64,000 bases of DNA, from assembly GCA_009103225.1 (NCBI GenBank), contig RHPI01001168.1, positions 311,337-375,336 on the forward strand, in the 5' to 3' direction. Source of the stretch: Chlorokybus atmophyticus. Lineage: Eukaryota; Plantae; Mesostigma and Chlorokybus algae. A program made the translations under genes and the position numbers. The first letter of the stretch is position 1; each line of letters starts with the position of its first letter. Shown piece after piece: positions 38,632-52,800 of this stretch. Below the pieces are notes generated by a model that did not search any database, was not told the origin of the DNA, and was given only the letters and a program-made list of their open reading frames with translations.

Positions 38632-40210
38632 CTACTGAGTCCGGTAGTAAACCGCTTTCGAGAGCGCTGCCAGCTCGCCATTCTGAGAGTATGTGACAGA
38701 AATCTTCTGCACCTCGTTCCCGCCCGGCAGCACCCACGTCGCGGTGGCCGCAGCCGCAACGGGCTCCGGCGGCACCTCCTCGGGAACATACATACTGAAC
38801 ACACAACAACCAAACAGACACATGCGCATGTTACCATCAGTCAAGTGGTGGTATATGCATGGCTGCATGTTGCTGCCGTGATGCGAGACCTATACCTGAA
38901 CCCGTCGGGCGTGTGCAGCTCAGTGCAGCGGATGTATGCTGGAGTGTCTGAATACGGAAGCCGCGGGTCGCGCACGTGAGAGTTGAATGCGAGGGGTTGG
39001 GTGGTGCCCACAACATCCAGATACTGTGTTGCATGCGTGTTGGTGACTTTGTTTCAGCACCGGATGGTTTGCGCGCAAGTGTAGAGCAAGCACGCGTACC
39101 TCGAGTGCTGCTGTGACTGTCTCTACGGTCGCGGACCAGTTGCCAACACTGACATCAGGCAGCGCTCTCGATGGCGCGTGTGTATCGTTGGTGTCGGGCA
39201 CGTCCTCAGCAAACAGCGGACTTGGCCAACCATTGGTGTCTTCTCTCTGCAAAGAAGACAAGCACCAACAAGCAATCGGCAAGGACACAGCAGCCACCAG
39301 ATGACGTCATGGCAGCACTCGCACGCGCATGCGGATACATACGCACCAGCGCATGTGCACGCACGCGTGCACTCGCATTCACGCGCCTGCAACACGAGCA
39401 GCCACAGTCCCTTGCGCCCGTCTCTCTGGTATGCTATCAAGACGCTTGCGCGCGCGCCATTGCGTTGTTGTGTCTTGAGCCCGTACCCGTGGAAGAACAG
39501 CTCCATCATGTCCGTATACCTGGACGTCGACGACGACGACGACGAGTAGCTGTTGAACGCCTCATTCGCGCACGCGTCTGCACGCACAAGAATATCATGA
39601 TGCAGCACGGAAGTCAGCACGCATGACAGTAATGTCATCACTACTACTACTCACTTCCGCCGGAGGGTATTTGCAAGCACCGCGCGGAAGGTAGGTACAG
39701 CCGCGGGCACATGCCGTTGTCGAGCATGTCTCGCTCATACTGGTACTCCCAAGACCTGCAGTGTGTGTGTTGAGGAGTCGATTACCACAAACCGACAAAG
39801 TTACCAGGCAGAAACAAAACAGCACTGCTCTGACTTCGCTTTGGTCGTGCCGTCGGCGAATGTGTCGGTGTTGGTGTGATGCACGGTGTGGCCTCCGCGC
39901 CACAGCTCCGAAGCGTCAAAGTGCCTCACCTTGCTGTGTTTGGCAACCTGCACCCACACCCAAGTGCACTCAGTGCCTCCGGTCGTTGTATCTCGCGACA
40001 CATCCACACCAACACAACAACATGATGCACCACCTGCGCGCCTGTGGCGACGTCGTATACGACGTTGAATCCGTCGAAACGTCCGTCATTGCAGCGCCAA
40101 AACATGTCCCAGAGCTGCCGACGACGCATCTCTGAATGCTCAGACGATGATGAAGCTTGCACGTCATCTTGCTCTTTGCTGTTTTGCACGCAGATACCCA
40201 AAAATCTCAA
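38632..40210 (-). CDS. Multi-exon gene of unknown function, possibly DUF3598/FABP-like beta-barrel; 5' end probably extends to ~40560
   Basis: Exon peptides QLWDMFWRCNDGRFDGFNVVYDVATG, SWEYQYERDMLDNG, RASVLIAYQRDG, and final exon WVLPGGNEVQKISVTYSQNGELAALSKAVYYRTQ*. Family call is from pattern resemblance only. Confidence 0.5.
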
Positions 40211-41079
40211 CTACTCTGCCTGCACACGCATCTGAATGCATGCATGCGTGTGTGGAGAGAGGGATGCACGGCATTAACGACTCCGTTGTTGTTGTTACTT
40301 ACGTGACTTAGCGATGCATCTTGAGACCTGTAACAATAGCCTGACTGTGCACAGTTGGTCGTGTGGCCTCCTATCAATCATGCTCTCAGACCGGCGCTGG
40401 CACGGTAACCAATCACGAACATGGCCATGCATGCCTTGCCTGACCATTTGGAGAGACAAGCATGCTACGCCTTTTCTCACCTTGCAAGCATCGTGCTCGC
40501 CATGTGGCGTTGAGGAGGGGACAGAACCGGCAGGCGCCGCCGTTGACGCCGTGGCAGCGAACGGTCTAGCCTAGCCTGGCCTGGCCCGGCTGGGCCTGGC
40601 CGTATGTTTAACCGCCCGTGGTTGCAAGGACGGTTAGTCGCAGCGTGGAACTCTGGCTTGATGACGACGTAAAGATTACCTGGCGGTCAGGGGCTAGCCG
40701 GGGTACTTGACGTCGTCAGCTGACGTGGCTCAGTTTCGATTCAATTTTCTGTGTGAGAGACCACGTCAAATTATATGTAGGGTAAAGTGCCCTAACTTGG
40801 TAAGTGTTTTTGGGTTTCAAGGTTTTTGTGAGAGCTGTGGTGACTTTCCGGCGGTGATGGTCATATGTTTCTTGTCGCTGAAACTATGATCCACACAACG
40901 GTGTCGAGACCGGCAATTCCCCGAGGGAAGCCGCGGGGAACCGCCCAGGGAACCCCCCGCGCCCGCCCGCCGACCGATTCGAGCCGCGAAGACCGGAGAC
41001 CGCCAGTAATCGTATAGCATATCATGTGACTATGCAGACATAACAATCGGTATACATGCATATAATAGACTTACGCAAG

Positions 41080-41093
41080 TGCGCGTGCATGTT

Positions 41094-41139
<46 letters not shown>

Positions 41140-41390
41140 ACATGCATGCATTGCGTGCTATATGCCTACGTACGTTTATATGTTACGTGACAATGCATTT
41201 TATGTACATATGTGCATATAGAAAATTATATTGTATATTAAATACATTTTACATAGCATATACATATATATGTGCGTATATATATAATATGTATACAACT
41301 ACGATTTATACTACCAATGCATATATTTATATATATACATATATATAAAAATATATATGTATGTATGTATATATGTATTTCGGCTGTTGA
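41080..41390. repeat. (TA)n and AT-rich low-complexity tract
   Basis: Seen directly; borders the rolling-circle element zone. Confidence 0.9.
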
Positions 41391-42184
41391 CCATATTTGA
41401 TGACGCAGTAACTATAGCGTGTAATCAATTAACGTTACATGGTAGAGTGGATTAATTAAAACGAGGGTGAGTAGTGGCGGCATGTCTTTGGGGTATGGGG
41501 CCTGCCCCGACCTCGTACCGCCAAAAACGCGGCCGTTTTAACCACTAACTGTGCCGCAATTGCACCGAATCCCTAGCGATTTTGAGTCGCTGTTGGTAAG
41601 CGGTTGCCGCTAAGATAGTTTTCAGCATCTTTTACGCATCTTTGCAATGATTGGCCATTTCGCTGCCTTTTTCGGCAACGTCTGTTGTCACTATTGCGAT
41701 CCCATTTGATCAATCTCATGCGTGACCAAATAGTGGCCTAACGATGCGATTGTTCGTTTAGTTGAATCGTAACGTTAAGGTAATTCAGGTTAGCATTATT
41801 TTGATGGTTGTAACCTCGGCATTACTTACTGAGTATTGCAGCACGTACCGTGGCGTGAACGTTACATTGATTATTAAGTTTTGAAACACTTAACTGCAGG
41901 TTGCTAACCATATCGCACCATGTTGCACCATATCGCCGCATATGTAATCATATCGCAACATTTTGCTACACATCAGAGATATTGTGCATGTGGATTTGCA
42001 TCTTTGCACGCCCTAATTGCTGAACTGTGCCTAGATGGTTCTTTTCTTTGAATGGCGACGAATGCTAGGGCGGTTGATATGTTTCAGCTGGTATTGTTTC
42101 GTCATCCGCTATGACTCACGAGCAACACTGCAATTTGTCTTAGCATTGCAAATTGTGAGACGATTGCGATGATATGCTTTTCTG

Positions 42185-45100
42185 TTGGCAAGATGCACAA
42201 AGTTTGTCACGCGAATGCAATGTTGTTCTTCGTGCGGGCATGTACAGTTTTACTCCGCTGCTGCTACTTATCGTCAAATGTATCGACAATTAGTACCCAC
42301 TGTTGCACCATATGATTTGTCTAATGTTTTTATGTCCGATTATACTAAGTGTGATAGTTATTACTACCAATGCCATCGATGTAGTCACGGGTCGGAGCGT
42401 TCCAGTTACATTGTGTTACACAGCGCAATGTACATTCGCAAGTTGTTGAAGACACATCTCATGGTAGTGCAGATGTTGTCCCTTGTCAACACGTTCATGG
42501 CGCTTTGCGACTTATATAACTCATACAGTTTCACTTCTGACCAAGTTCAGCAGTTGAATATGATTAACGGTCCGTTTATCACTTGGGATGAGTTTACACA
42601 TCAGAACCAACATGCCATCTTGTTGCTGGAGTTGTTGAGCGAGCTATTATTGTCCAACACTCTGGTTCAGAAATATCAGACCTTGGTAGAACAACCATTT
42701 GGTTTTGACGGCATCCCCACTATCGGTTCATCTACTATTCGTAGCATTGTGTCTCGTGCACAGGATCGTAATCCTTTGAACATTGCTGGTGAATCAGCAT
42801 ACACATACGTTTTAACCACTTTGTTGCCATTTCCTTCGCGCAGCACAGTTGAAGTCACAGTGGACACCATGTTGCGCATTGGACATATGTCGTTGCGTGA
42901 GCCTTGTGTTCCTCTTTTGATACACATGGATACATGTGGTGCGTACAACATTCCTGGTTTAACTGTTGAGTCTACTCTGTTTCCCATGTTGTTTCCGCAC
43001 AATCGTGGGTTCTTTGATGGTAACGTGTACAGCAGACTGTCAGATTATGTCATGTTCCGTCTTACACAACCGTTCTCAGTTTTCACATTGTACAAGCCTT
43101 ATTTACTATTGATGTACCAAATCCGTTAATCAATTCTCACAGTCAGAAAGTGCCGCGAAGTTGCTGAAGACGCTAATATTAAAGTTCTTCAAACAACGAT
43201 CTACTGCCACAATTAACGATGCCATAAAAAACGCTATAAAACTTTGTGTCCCTTGTGACATCATTGCATATCCGAGTTGGCATCGACAAAAGTTGAGTGA
43301 GCTGCTGTGTCTGGTTGAGCATTGGGGTATGCCTCATCTCTTTGTTACCATGACTGCAGATGAAGTGTCCAGTACCAAATTCCCTGAGATCATTGATTTG
43401 CAGTTAGTTCTCCACAATGTCTCCACGCAACTTAGTTGGCGTGATGCCCTTGTGGAGTGCGCACGTTTGTTTCATCATCGGTTCAGCACCTCCTTTGAAG
43501 AATATATCATGCAAAAGGGTATTCATTGACGTGTGACGCACTATGTTATCAGGTATGAAACAAAACACCGTGGATCTTTGCATGCACATGTTATGTTGTG
43601 GTTACACCCCGACGATGTTGAACGAGTGAAATCACTGCGTTTATCTTCGGAGATTTTGACCATGCAAATCAGCAAATTATTGTACCAACTGATTCTAAAC
43701 TTCAAGTTCTTTATGAATATGTTGTACGCAAGCAGATGCACAAGTGTTCTGATGTTGGCAGTGGCTGCAGAGCATTTGACAACAAGTGCGACATGGGCTC
43801 TCTGTATCCCGTACAACCAGATCGTCGACTACAGTTCAACACAGAAACGCGCAGGTACAATTATTACAGACCACGCACTTGTGACCGCAATGTTGTTCCC
43901 ACACATCCAGTGCTTTTATTGTTGTGGGGTGCTCATTGCAATGTGTTGCAAGTCACTGACAGTCATTGGAGCAAGTATTTAGTCAAGTACACAACTAAAA
44001 TGGAACGTTGTGGCACTGTTGATGATACATTAGACACCAATGCACTCGGTTTGCAAGGATTGACTGTTAACGAATTGCGCATATTGAACACAATGTACTT
44101 GTCCAAACCCATTGCTCCAGCTGAAGCTGCTTTGATATGTTTGGATATTCCCATTATGCAAAGGTCGTCCAATGTAACATATGTTGACACGCGTTTGCCT
44201 AACAATCGTTCTCGCATAGTGAACAGTCGTGCACAGACATTAATTGTGCATCCCATTCATCGTTATGGTGTCAGGCCTGACGAGGTAGAAAGAGTAACAA
44301 TGTACAACTACTTTCAACAATACATGCACCGAGATGGAGACACTATGCCACATAACACTGTGCGTACTTTAAGAGACAGACTGAATGCATTCGTTTATGA
44401 GTTAGCTGTCCCGCGCATCATCAGATTCACGGATTACCATCCTGTACACAGCATTGAGGGATTTTGTTTCAATTTATTTTTTCAACGGGTTACTTTTCGT
44501 TCAGAAGTTGATTTGATTTCTTTGAACAACCAATTACGCACTTACTATGAAGAATGTGTGTTGCGGGGTTTCATTAACAACACAAACCGCAGTTTGTTGA
44601 CACATGTCACGCGCTATGCCGAACGTCATCTATACAATGATGTTAAGATTCACCATATGATGAACGCCATGATGCAGACCACTGATAATGCTATTAATGC
44701 CTTGTCTATGGCTGCAGCTGGTCCGACAGACAGCCAAACTGCACCAGAACCTACCACGCAGTATCCAACAGCAACATCATCCAATCCTGCATCTCCAGCT
44801 TCAACTGTGACAACGGACTCAAATGTATCAGCGCCAATGTTTCAAGGTACATTGAATGTTGAGGAGTTTGCGTTTGCGAACAATCTCTCTTTAACCAGCC
44901 AGTAAGAACGCAGCGCAACTAGTATCATTGCAACACCGATTGGTCTACATGTAATATCTGGTTGTCCAGAAGCAGGCACAACTTTTTAACCAAATTTATC
45001 ACTCACAAGTTGCGTGTTGCTGGGTTACCTGTTTTACTCAGTGCTACAACTGGCGCTGCGGCTCTGCGGCTCAGCTCATCTGCTTCAACTGTACATTCCA

Positions 45101-46154
45101 ACTTCGCAATACCTGTCAACGGTCAGCAACTCCGGTTTGTAACTGCTATGGATGATGCTTACAAACTGTTACATAATTGATCGAGTTTTTATTATTGACG
45201 AATTTTCCATAATGACATCGCGGTTGTTTGACTTGGTGATTCTGCGCTTACAGCAAGTTCATGGACCAGAATTTCTACAAACAATCGGCGTCGTATTGGT
45301 TGGTGACCACAAGCAACTGCCAGCAGTTTGTGGACACAACGTCCAAGATACATCGCAGGTTTGCCACAATGCCATATTTCTGCATCACAGAGGTGGCCAT
45401 TACGTAGGCAACATTTTTTTTTTGTTTCAATGCGTCATGCTTCAGACCCTCTGTTTGCTCAATTCTTGATTCAGATTCGTTCTAGCATACCCAGTTCAAC
45501 AGAGATAGCAGATGCGTTAGGTGGCTTTCTGGTCACTTTGGAGTACTTACAGCAATTACCAAGTAATGCAACCATATTGTGTTCACATGTACAAGACACA
45601 CTAGCTTCAACAGCATGATTGTGAGACAACGTTTTGCAGCCGATACCATTGTGCCAATACAAATTACTTCTAATGCAGTGAACGTGCCCGAGCTGTACAA
45701 CTGGATTCACAAGCCCAAGTTCAACTTATTACCTTCAGTCGCCAAGGGAGCAAAGGTGTTGGTTTTAGAAAACGTTTCACTGCAAGATGGTGTAGCCAAT
45801 GGGTCTTTGGGAACAGTGACGCAGTTTAAATACTACAAAGGTAATGTGAGCAGTATACAAGTTACATTTGATTACTTGGCAGAATCCATGTGGATGCGCC
45901 GAACAATACAGCAAACAACAACGTTTCAAGGCAAAACGTACTACAAAGCTGTGTTTCCTTTGCAGCTAGCGTATGCAATGACAGTGCACAAGTGTCAAGA
46001 TGCAACGCTACAATCAATTACTGTTGTTCACATGCAGGAAGCTTTTGCTCTTGGATTGTGGTATGTGGCGTTGTCGCGTGTGACAAACAGGGCCTATTTA
46101 CGGTTGACGCGTTTGCCGCGCCCTGAAGTAATGACGCCCGATCCTGGGGATTGA
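42185..46154 (+). mobile_element. Decayed Helitron2/Helentron-like Rep-PIF1 helicase gene
   Basis: ESTLFPMLFP; Rep motif 1 WGMPHLFVTMTA; HUH RYETKHRGSLHAHVMLWL; YLVKYTTK; PIAPAEAALICLDIPI. PIF1 motifs IIDEFS, LVGDHKQLPAV, FPLQLAYAMTVHKCQ, YVALSRV. Many stops and frameshifts. Confidence 0.85.
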
Positions 46155-46225
46155 TGTTGATAACGGTAAGTGCGGTTAGTGTTGCGCAATGGTGTGACAT
46201 ATGTTGCATCATTTGGCGATATGAT

Positions 46226-46475
46226 ACGATGTTGCGCAACGTTGTTTGATATCAACGCATATCGCAGATGTTTGAGCATATGTGATCGATGTTGCACAAC
46301 ATTGCACTACATGGTTCCAAGTTAGACGATATTGCTTTAAGCGACATGGTACGATGTTGCTCAACGTTGTTTGATATTAACGCATATCGCATGATGTTTG
46401 AGCATGTATGAACGATGTTGCACAACATTGCGTTATATGGTTCCATGTTCGACGATATTGAACCATGTTGCGTAA
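46226..46475 (+). repeat. Two-unit tandem repeat, 125-bp period
   Basis: ACGATGTTGC...GACGATATTG at 46226 and 46351. Confidence 0.9.
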
Positions 46476-46899
46476 CATGAACTGCATCTCATGACCACAC
46501 TGTACACATTGTACGGTTTGATGACATGGCACATTCAGTTGATTGCCGTATCACCCGTCATCCAACCATGCTTTGTATGCAGCCATCTCCTCCATCCCAT
46601 CATCTCTTCTCACCAATCGCATCGCGACATGGCTTAGCACGTGGTGTTCTGCCGATGCAGACCCTTTTCTTTGCCACGCAGATATACATTGGCAATATAT
46701 TTAACGCTATAAATGTACACCAGTTGAAACGTCAAGTCGCAGGGCACTGTGCATATATGCCTGTCGCATCACCTGCCTCAGACACCTGCCCATCGTCGGA
46801 AACTGTCACCTCAGCCAGACACAGGTAACAACGTGGCTGAATTTGCCTCTGTTTAATCTCGAACTCTGTGAGTCAACATGTGAGCAAGCGTTACATTGA

Positions 46900-49800
46900 C
46901 AATGCACCTGGTTGACAGAATGGACTTTGACGAAAAAGACCTGTTTGAGAGGCTCCACGCTCAAATCTCAAATGACGAACCAGGCTCTAAGCGTCCATGT
47001 ACCAGTAGCTCTGGAGGTGATGCGCCTGGTCGTCCGCTGACAGCGAAACAACTGGCAGCATGTGACTCAGCAAGAATCACTCCCGACAAGCTTGAGGGGC
47101 TATTCACCAAGCCAGAGGCCGATAAGTTCATTCGCCCTGCCAAAGAGAGAGCTCAAGAGTTTTGCATAAACCACGGGGACTCCATTGCAACTGGTGAGAA
47201 GCGGTAAATGTACACTTACACACTATGGTGCATGTGTTAACTGATTGCAAGTATGTACAGGAATATGCATCTACTACTTCAGAAAGCTCGGCATCGACAT
47301 TTTTGATCACCAGAAGCGCCAAGTAGCTTACAAGCTGTGGGACACTCTGATGCGCAAGGACAACCCAGATCTTCCTGATAATGCAGAGCCAATTTACGCT
47401 AATCAGGTATGTATCAATGTGACACTTGGTCATTGGCCAAATACCTGTAGTTAACAGATGTTTCACAGGTGTTTGAGCTGGTGCCCTGTTGCAAAGTTTG
47501 CAACAGGGAGAGAGCGCGTTTCATGTCGCAAGGAAAGGCAGAAACCATCATTGAGCAGATTAACAAAGCAGACCCACGGGAAGCTCCAGTAGCAAATGTT
47601 GCTGCCAATAAGGTGTGTTGTTATCCAAGTTGATGATGGGATTATTGTGCTTGAGCGGCGTCGTGAGTAGTATCGCAACACACGTGCTCAAAAAATATTG
47701 CAGCAGCAAAAACTTCAGCGACAAAGAGACCACCCACTATCAAGCGGATTGCGGTTGCAAGAGCAAACAATTGAGCGAGATATTGTTGATTATGTCACGG
47801 ATACACGCGCTGTACAATACCTCAACACCTCTCACATCATACTGAGTGTGGTTCAAGGGGGAGAGCAGCAACAGTATGTGCAACATGTTGCTGTACACGT
47901 TGAAGAAGTGTCTCATAACAAGCAACCACATCATGTTGGTGCACCATTTCAGCCGCACGCGTTGCTCGCTAATGCTGCTACATTGAGCAAACGTGTTGCT
48001 CAGGCTGTACAGCAGATGGAGACAGACAATGAAATAAGGCGGCGGGCTTTCAATGAACAATTTGCCTCATTGCTCAATCCGTTACAGCGTGAGACATATT
48101 GCGACATGCGCACGTGCGGATATATGGAACAAGATGCGTACGACGCAGTAAAGAATATGCCGGATTCAACTCAACATAAAGACTTGCCGCATTCGAGCCT
48201 GCAACAAGACCGAAATCAAGTGCCCATTGTGCAACCGAATCACAAGAGAGATAGAGCACGAGCAGCAACCTGACAATATTGATGAGGCGGAGGGTGCTGC
48301 CAAGGAAGTGCACATGGATGCGGTATCACATGCGCATACTTTATTGTCCGTTTGTGAAGCAAAATTGCAAGCACGGCGACAGCAACAAGCATCCCAACTG
48401 CGGCGGGCAGAAGCAACACATTAGAAGCGGCATAGGCGGACGTAACAACGAAAGCAACGCGCAGTGGTTGGCCGTCAAGCATCACAACGCCAACTGCTGC
48501 TAGATAACAAAAGGATGCACAATGTGGAGGCTGAACGCAGCGCGAGTATCCGTGCGCAACACACGCCAAACGCGCAACAGCGACAGCGCGAGGCGGATGC
48601 CGAACGCATGGCCACGCGACGTGCTGAAGGGACGCCAGGGACACGGTATGATCGGCAGTCGGTGGCACAGCGCACCTCTCAGCAACGTGCAGACGAAACC
48701 CCAATAACGCATCAGCAACGTCTGGATTCTGATGCGGCGCATGCAACCGTGCGCGAACAGCAAACTCCAAACACGAGAGCTGGAGTAAGGGAAGCAGATG
48801 CAATTGTACGACAAACATTGCGTTTTGATCCCGTTGTGACACGCAACTCAGCACGCCGTGCTGGATTTACGGAAGCAGACCTGCCGCTTGTTGATCGTAA
48901 CAACTTGGGGGAGCGCATGACATGTCCCAATTGTCATGCTGTTGTCTGAAAAGCGGAACAGGTAAAGCAGGGCGGCGGCTTCTCGATCCGCTGTCAGAAG
49001 GGGGAAATAGACCTGCTGTCGCATTTTCCTCCAGAACCACGCTTCTCAGACCCCATTGCTTAACCAGTTTATGAGTCAAGACGCTGCGGCCAAATCCTTC
49101 AGAGCCAACTCGCGGAAGTACAACAGCAACCTATCAATGGCCAGCCTCTTCTACAAGGTAATTCGCAGTATACGACGTTCATTTAATGAACAGTGCTTAT
49201 TGCATTTACCTGACACAATTGTATATGTTAATGATCTAGGAGACACGCCCTGCTGGCGCGGGCGGTGTATCAGCCTTCACAGTGGAGGGGGCTTTGTACC
49301 ATCGCATGGGCCCGCTACGAGCAGAAGCAGATGAAATACCGCAATTCGCACAGCTGTATATACTGGATCCAAATGATGCCGTCAACCGACGCAGCTCACG
49401 GCTTGGTTCAGCATGCTCCCACGACATATTGGACGGACGCATCGTATGCTGCGAGAGGAGAACAGTTTCGTCTTTAAGTTCACTCAGCTGATGGATATAC
49501 CAGAAGGAGATGTCGCAGATTATCGCTTGAGTATTCGGACAGATGGTGCACCTGACAAGCGGCGGTACAATGCGCCCACCGCCAATGAAGGGTTGGCAAT
49601 GTTCATACCCGACAATCCTGATGAGCATCAAACCGACACAAGATAAACATTCGTCGACGGGTAATGAGCAGTGCAGCAATCAACCAACATCATCGTGCCA
49701 CGAGTGGTCGCATTGTGCATTTTAATCTCATTATATTGCATATGTGATACAAGGGGGAGCGATAGAGCGTATCAGCAACCTTAACGGCTCGTACAATCCG

Positions 49801-52800
49801 CTGCACTTTGTGCTATTTTACCCGATCGGAGGCACGGGATGGCATGATGACATTCCCTTGCGCGGTGCTGTTCGTCGTGAAGGCTGTCAACGGCGTACTG
49901 CACGTGAGAAGTTTAAAAACAACCTCGATGAGGAGGAGCCCAGCAGAGGACCAAAGCGCAATTTTGTTACCGCTCGCGAATACGCAGCTTTCATGATGAT
50001 GGTAACTAACGATTATATATATATACATATATATATATGTATATATATATATATATGTTTACAATGGATTGCTGTTTGGTTGTGCACTTTTAATTATTCT
50101 TATCTGTGATAGGATCGCGATGCCAGCGTGTGGAGTGGGCATTTTACGCGAGGGCGTCGACTGTATGAAGAATACGTGGTCTCTGCTGATGCAAAAGAGG
50201 CGCAACGTTTCGCGTGGGTACAAACCCATCTGAAGCAATTGCGTGCCGATCTATACGAAGGTATATTATTTAACTTCAAATACGATGAATGACGTCAGCA
50301 AAGTTCTCATGAGCGTTTCTCATACTATACAATGTAACATCAGGTGTGCGTGATGCGGTAGTTGCAGACGACGGTCTGCAAGGACAAGAAATGGGACGAC
50401 GGATTGTGTTGCCATCGACGTCCATTGGTATCCCGCGACACATGACACAGTTGTATCAGGATGCCATGGCAATCGTGAGAAAGCTTGGAGTGCCAGATCT
50501 GTTCACGTTCACATGCATCTCGAAGTGAACGGAGATACAAGAAGCGTCGTTGGAAGGGAAGACGGCCAATGATCGACCAGATATTGTGGCACGCGTGTTG
50601 CAGAAATGCGAGCTTCATGTGAAACACGCGTGCCACAATATCTAACGACTTGGTGACACACTCGCGTCTGGGCAAAGTTGCTGGTATCATTTATACCATT
50701 GAGTGGCAGAAAAGGTGAGTGGGTTGACAAGTAAATAGATCGGGGACTTAAACCCATACGTATACATCACTGATAATGCAATACTAATTACGTGGTCACG
50801 CGCAGGGGGCTGCATGCACACATTCTTATCATGCTGGCCGCAAGAGACAAACCCAAAACAACCAATGATTACGTTAACATCGTGTGCGCGGAGCTGCCCG
50901 ACAAAACAGATGAGCCAGCGCTTTATCACATCGTCACCAGTCTGATGGTGCACGGTCCTCGCGGCGTGCGAAACCCAAAAAGCCCCTGCATGGACCAAGA
51001 GAAGAAGATCTGCACGAAGAAGTACCTAAAGCAGTTTCAAGCCATCACCATTGACAGCACCAAATCATACCCGGTGTACTGGCGACGTGAAGATGGCCGC
51101 ACCTTTGTTACGAGAGTGGGCGGGAACGAAGTAGTGCTGACGAACATCGACGCAGTACCCTACAAGTTCTTGATGCTCAAGTATAACGCCCACATCAACG
51201 TCGAGATTTGTTCTTCTGTGTCCTTCGTCAAGTACCGGTACAAGTACGTGTACAAGGGACATGATCGCGCTATGGTAGATGTCGTACCCGCCCCGGACGC
51301 TGACAGTGAAGTGCAGCCTCTCATTGACGAGATCAAGCGACTTCTGGACGGCCGCTATGTGTCTTCGAGCGCGGCTTGCTGGCGCATATACTGCTTTGAG
51401 ATCCATCGTGAGCTTTTAAATGTTGAGCGGCTGGCCGTGCACTTGCCAGATCAGCAGACGGTGTACTACAATGAGGACACGCCACTCGCGGACGTGGTTG
51501 AAAGAGGTGCGCCGACCACACTTACACAATGGTTTGAGCTCAATTGGAAGGCTGAAGCTCAGTGGAGGACAGAGTTGGAAAATGATCCTGCTGTTGAAAA
51601 GCCCATCGCGCTGTCCACATTGTATCAAGACGTCCCATCCATTGCACGATGGTATAAGAAGGAATGGACCCTACGCAAGAAGAAGCGGCGGTTTCTTGCC
51701 ATTGGCCGCATGTATTACATTTCTCCCAGAAACGGCGAGAAATTTTATCTGCGTACGCTTCTACATAAGGTACCAGGAGCCACCAGTTTTGCGCGCTTGC
51801 GCACGACATATGAAGTGACCGATGAGCGCGTACATGCTACATTCGACGAAGCTTGCGTAACGCGAGGACTGGTGCAGGAGGACAACGAGTGGAAGCTAGC
51901 AATCGGCGAAGCTGCTATCGTAAGCACAGATTGCAGTAACTCAATGATGCATATCAATGGCCTGACAAGCGTGTTGTATCGCAGTTGAAAACAGGGAGGC
52001 AGCTTCGTGCGATGTTCGCGATTATCCTGGTCTTCGACGAGGCACTAGATCCGCTTGCACTGTGGACCAGGTTTCTGGAGCAATTTATGGACGATTTCAC
52101 TTATCGCCGATGAAGCGTACGCACAGTATACATGCAGTTGCAAAACTGCAAAAGGAATTGGTGCACAAGTAAATTTGAAACATAACCTCACTCGCAACGT
52201 GTGCAGCTTGATCCTAACGCCACCGTGAACCAGCGCGACATTGATGACGCGTTGCACGATCTGAGACGCCTGCAACAGCATGGCAAAGGCTTGGATGATT
52301 TTGAGTTGCCCTTACCGCAAGCTGCGCCAATAGACTCCAACTCTCCATTGGTTGAAGATGAGCTGAATGCTTACGATCATGATGTGATGAGGCAGCGCGT
52401 GGAGGTTAACGTTCCGAAGCTAAATGCACAACAGCGCGCCGCATACGACGCTGTTGTTCAATCAATTGAAAGACCTCGACCGGATTCGGACGCAACTTTT
52501 TTCGTCTACGGTCTTGGAGGTGCTGGCAAGACGTTCCTCTACAACACCTTGCTTGCATATATTTGGAGCAAACAACGTGTTGCAATTGCTGTTGCGTCAT
52601 CCGGCATTGCGGCATTGCTACTCGAAGGTAATCAATGCATACGTCAATGTACTGTTGAACGAAATCACACGTATGCATTCAGCACAATGAGTACAAGCAT
52701 GCTCATATAAGTTTTGGTTGTGCAGGTGGAAAAACAGCTCACTCGAGATTCAAAATCCCCATCACTGGGCTGAGTGCAACCTCAACTTGCAACATATCTA

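Noticed and set aside
46226-46475. Tandem repeats here and in the solo LTRs as CRISPR-like arrays
   Set aside because: No constant repeats with unique spacers, no cas genes, eukaryotic context.
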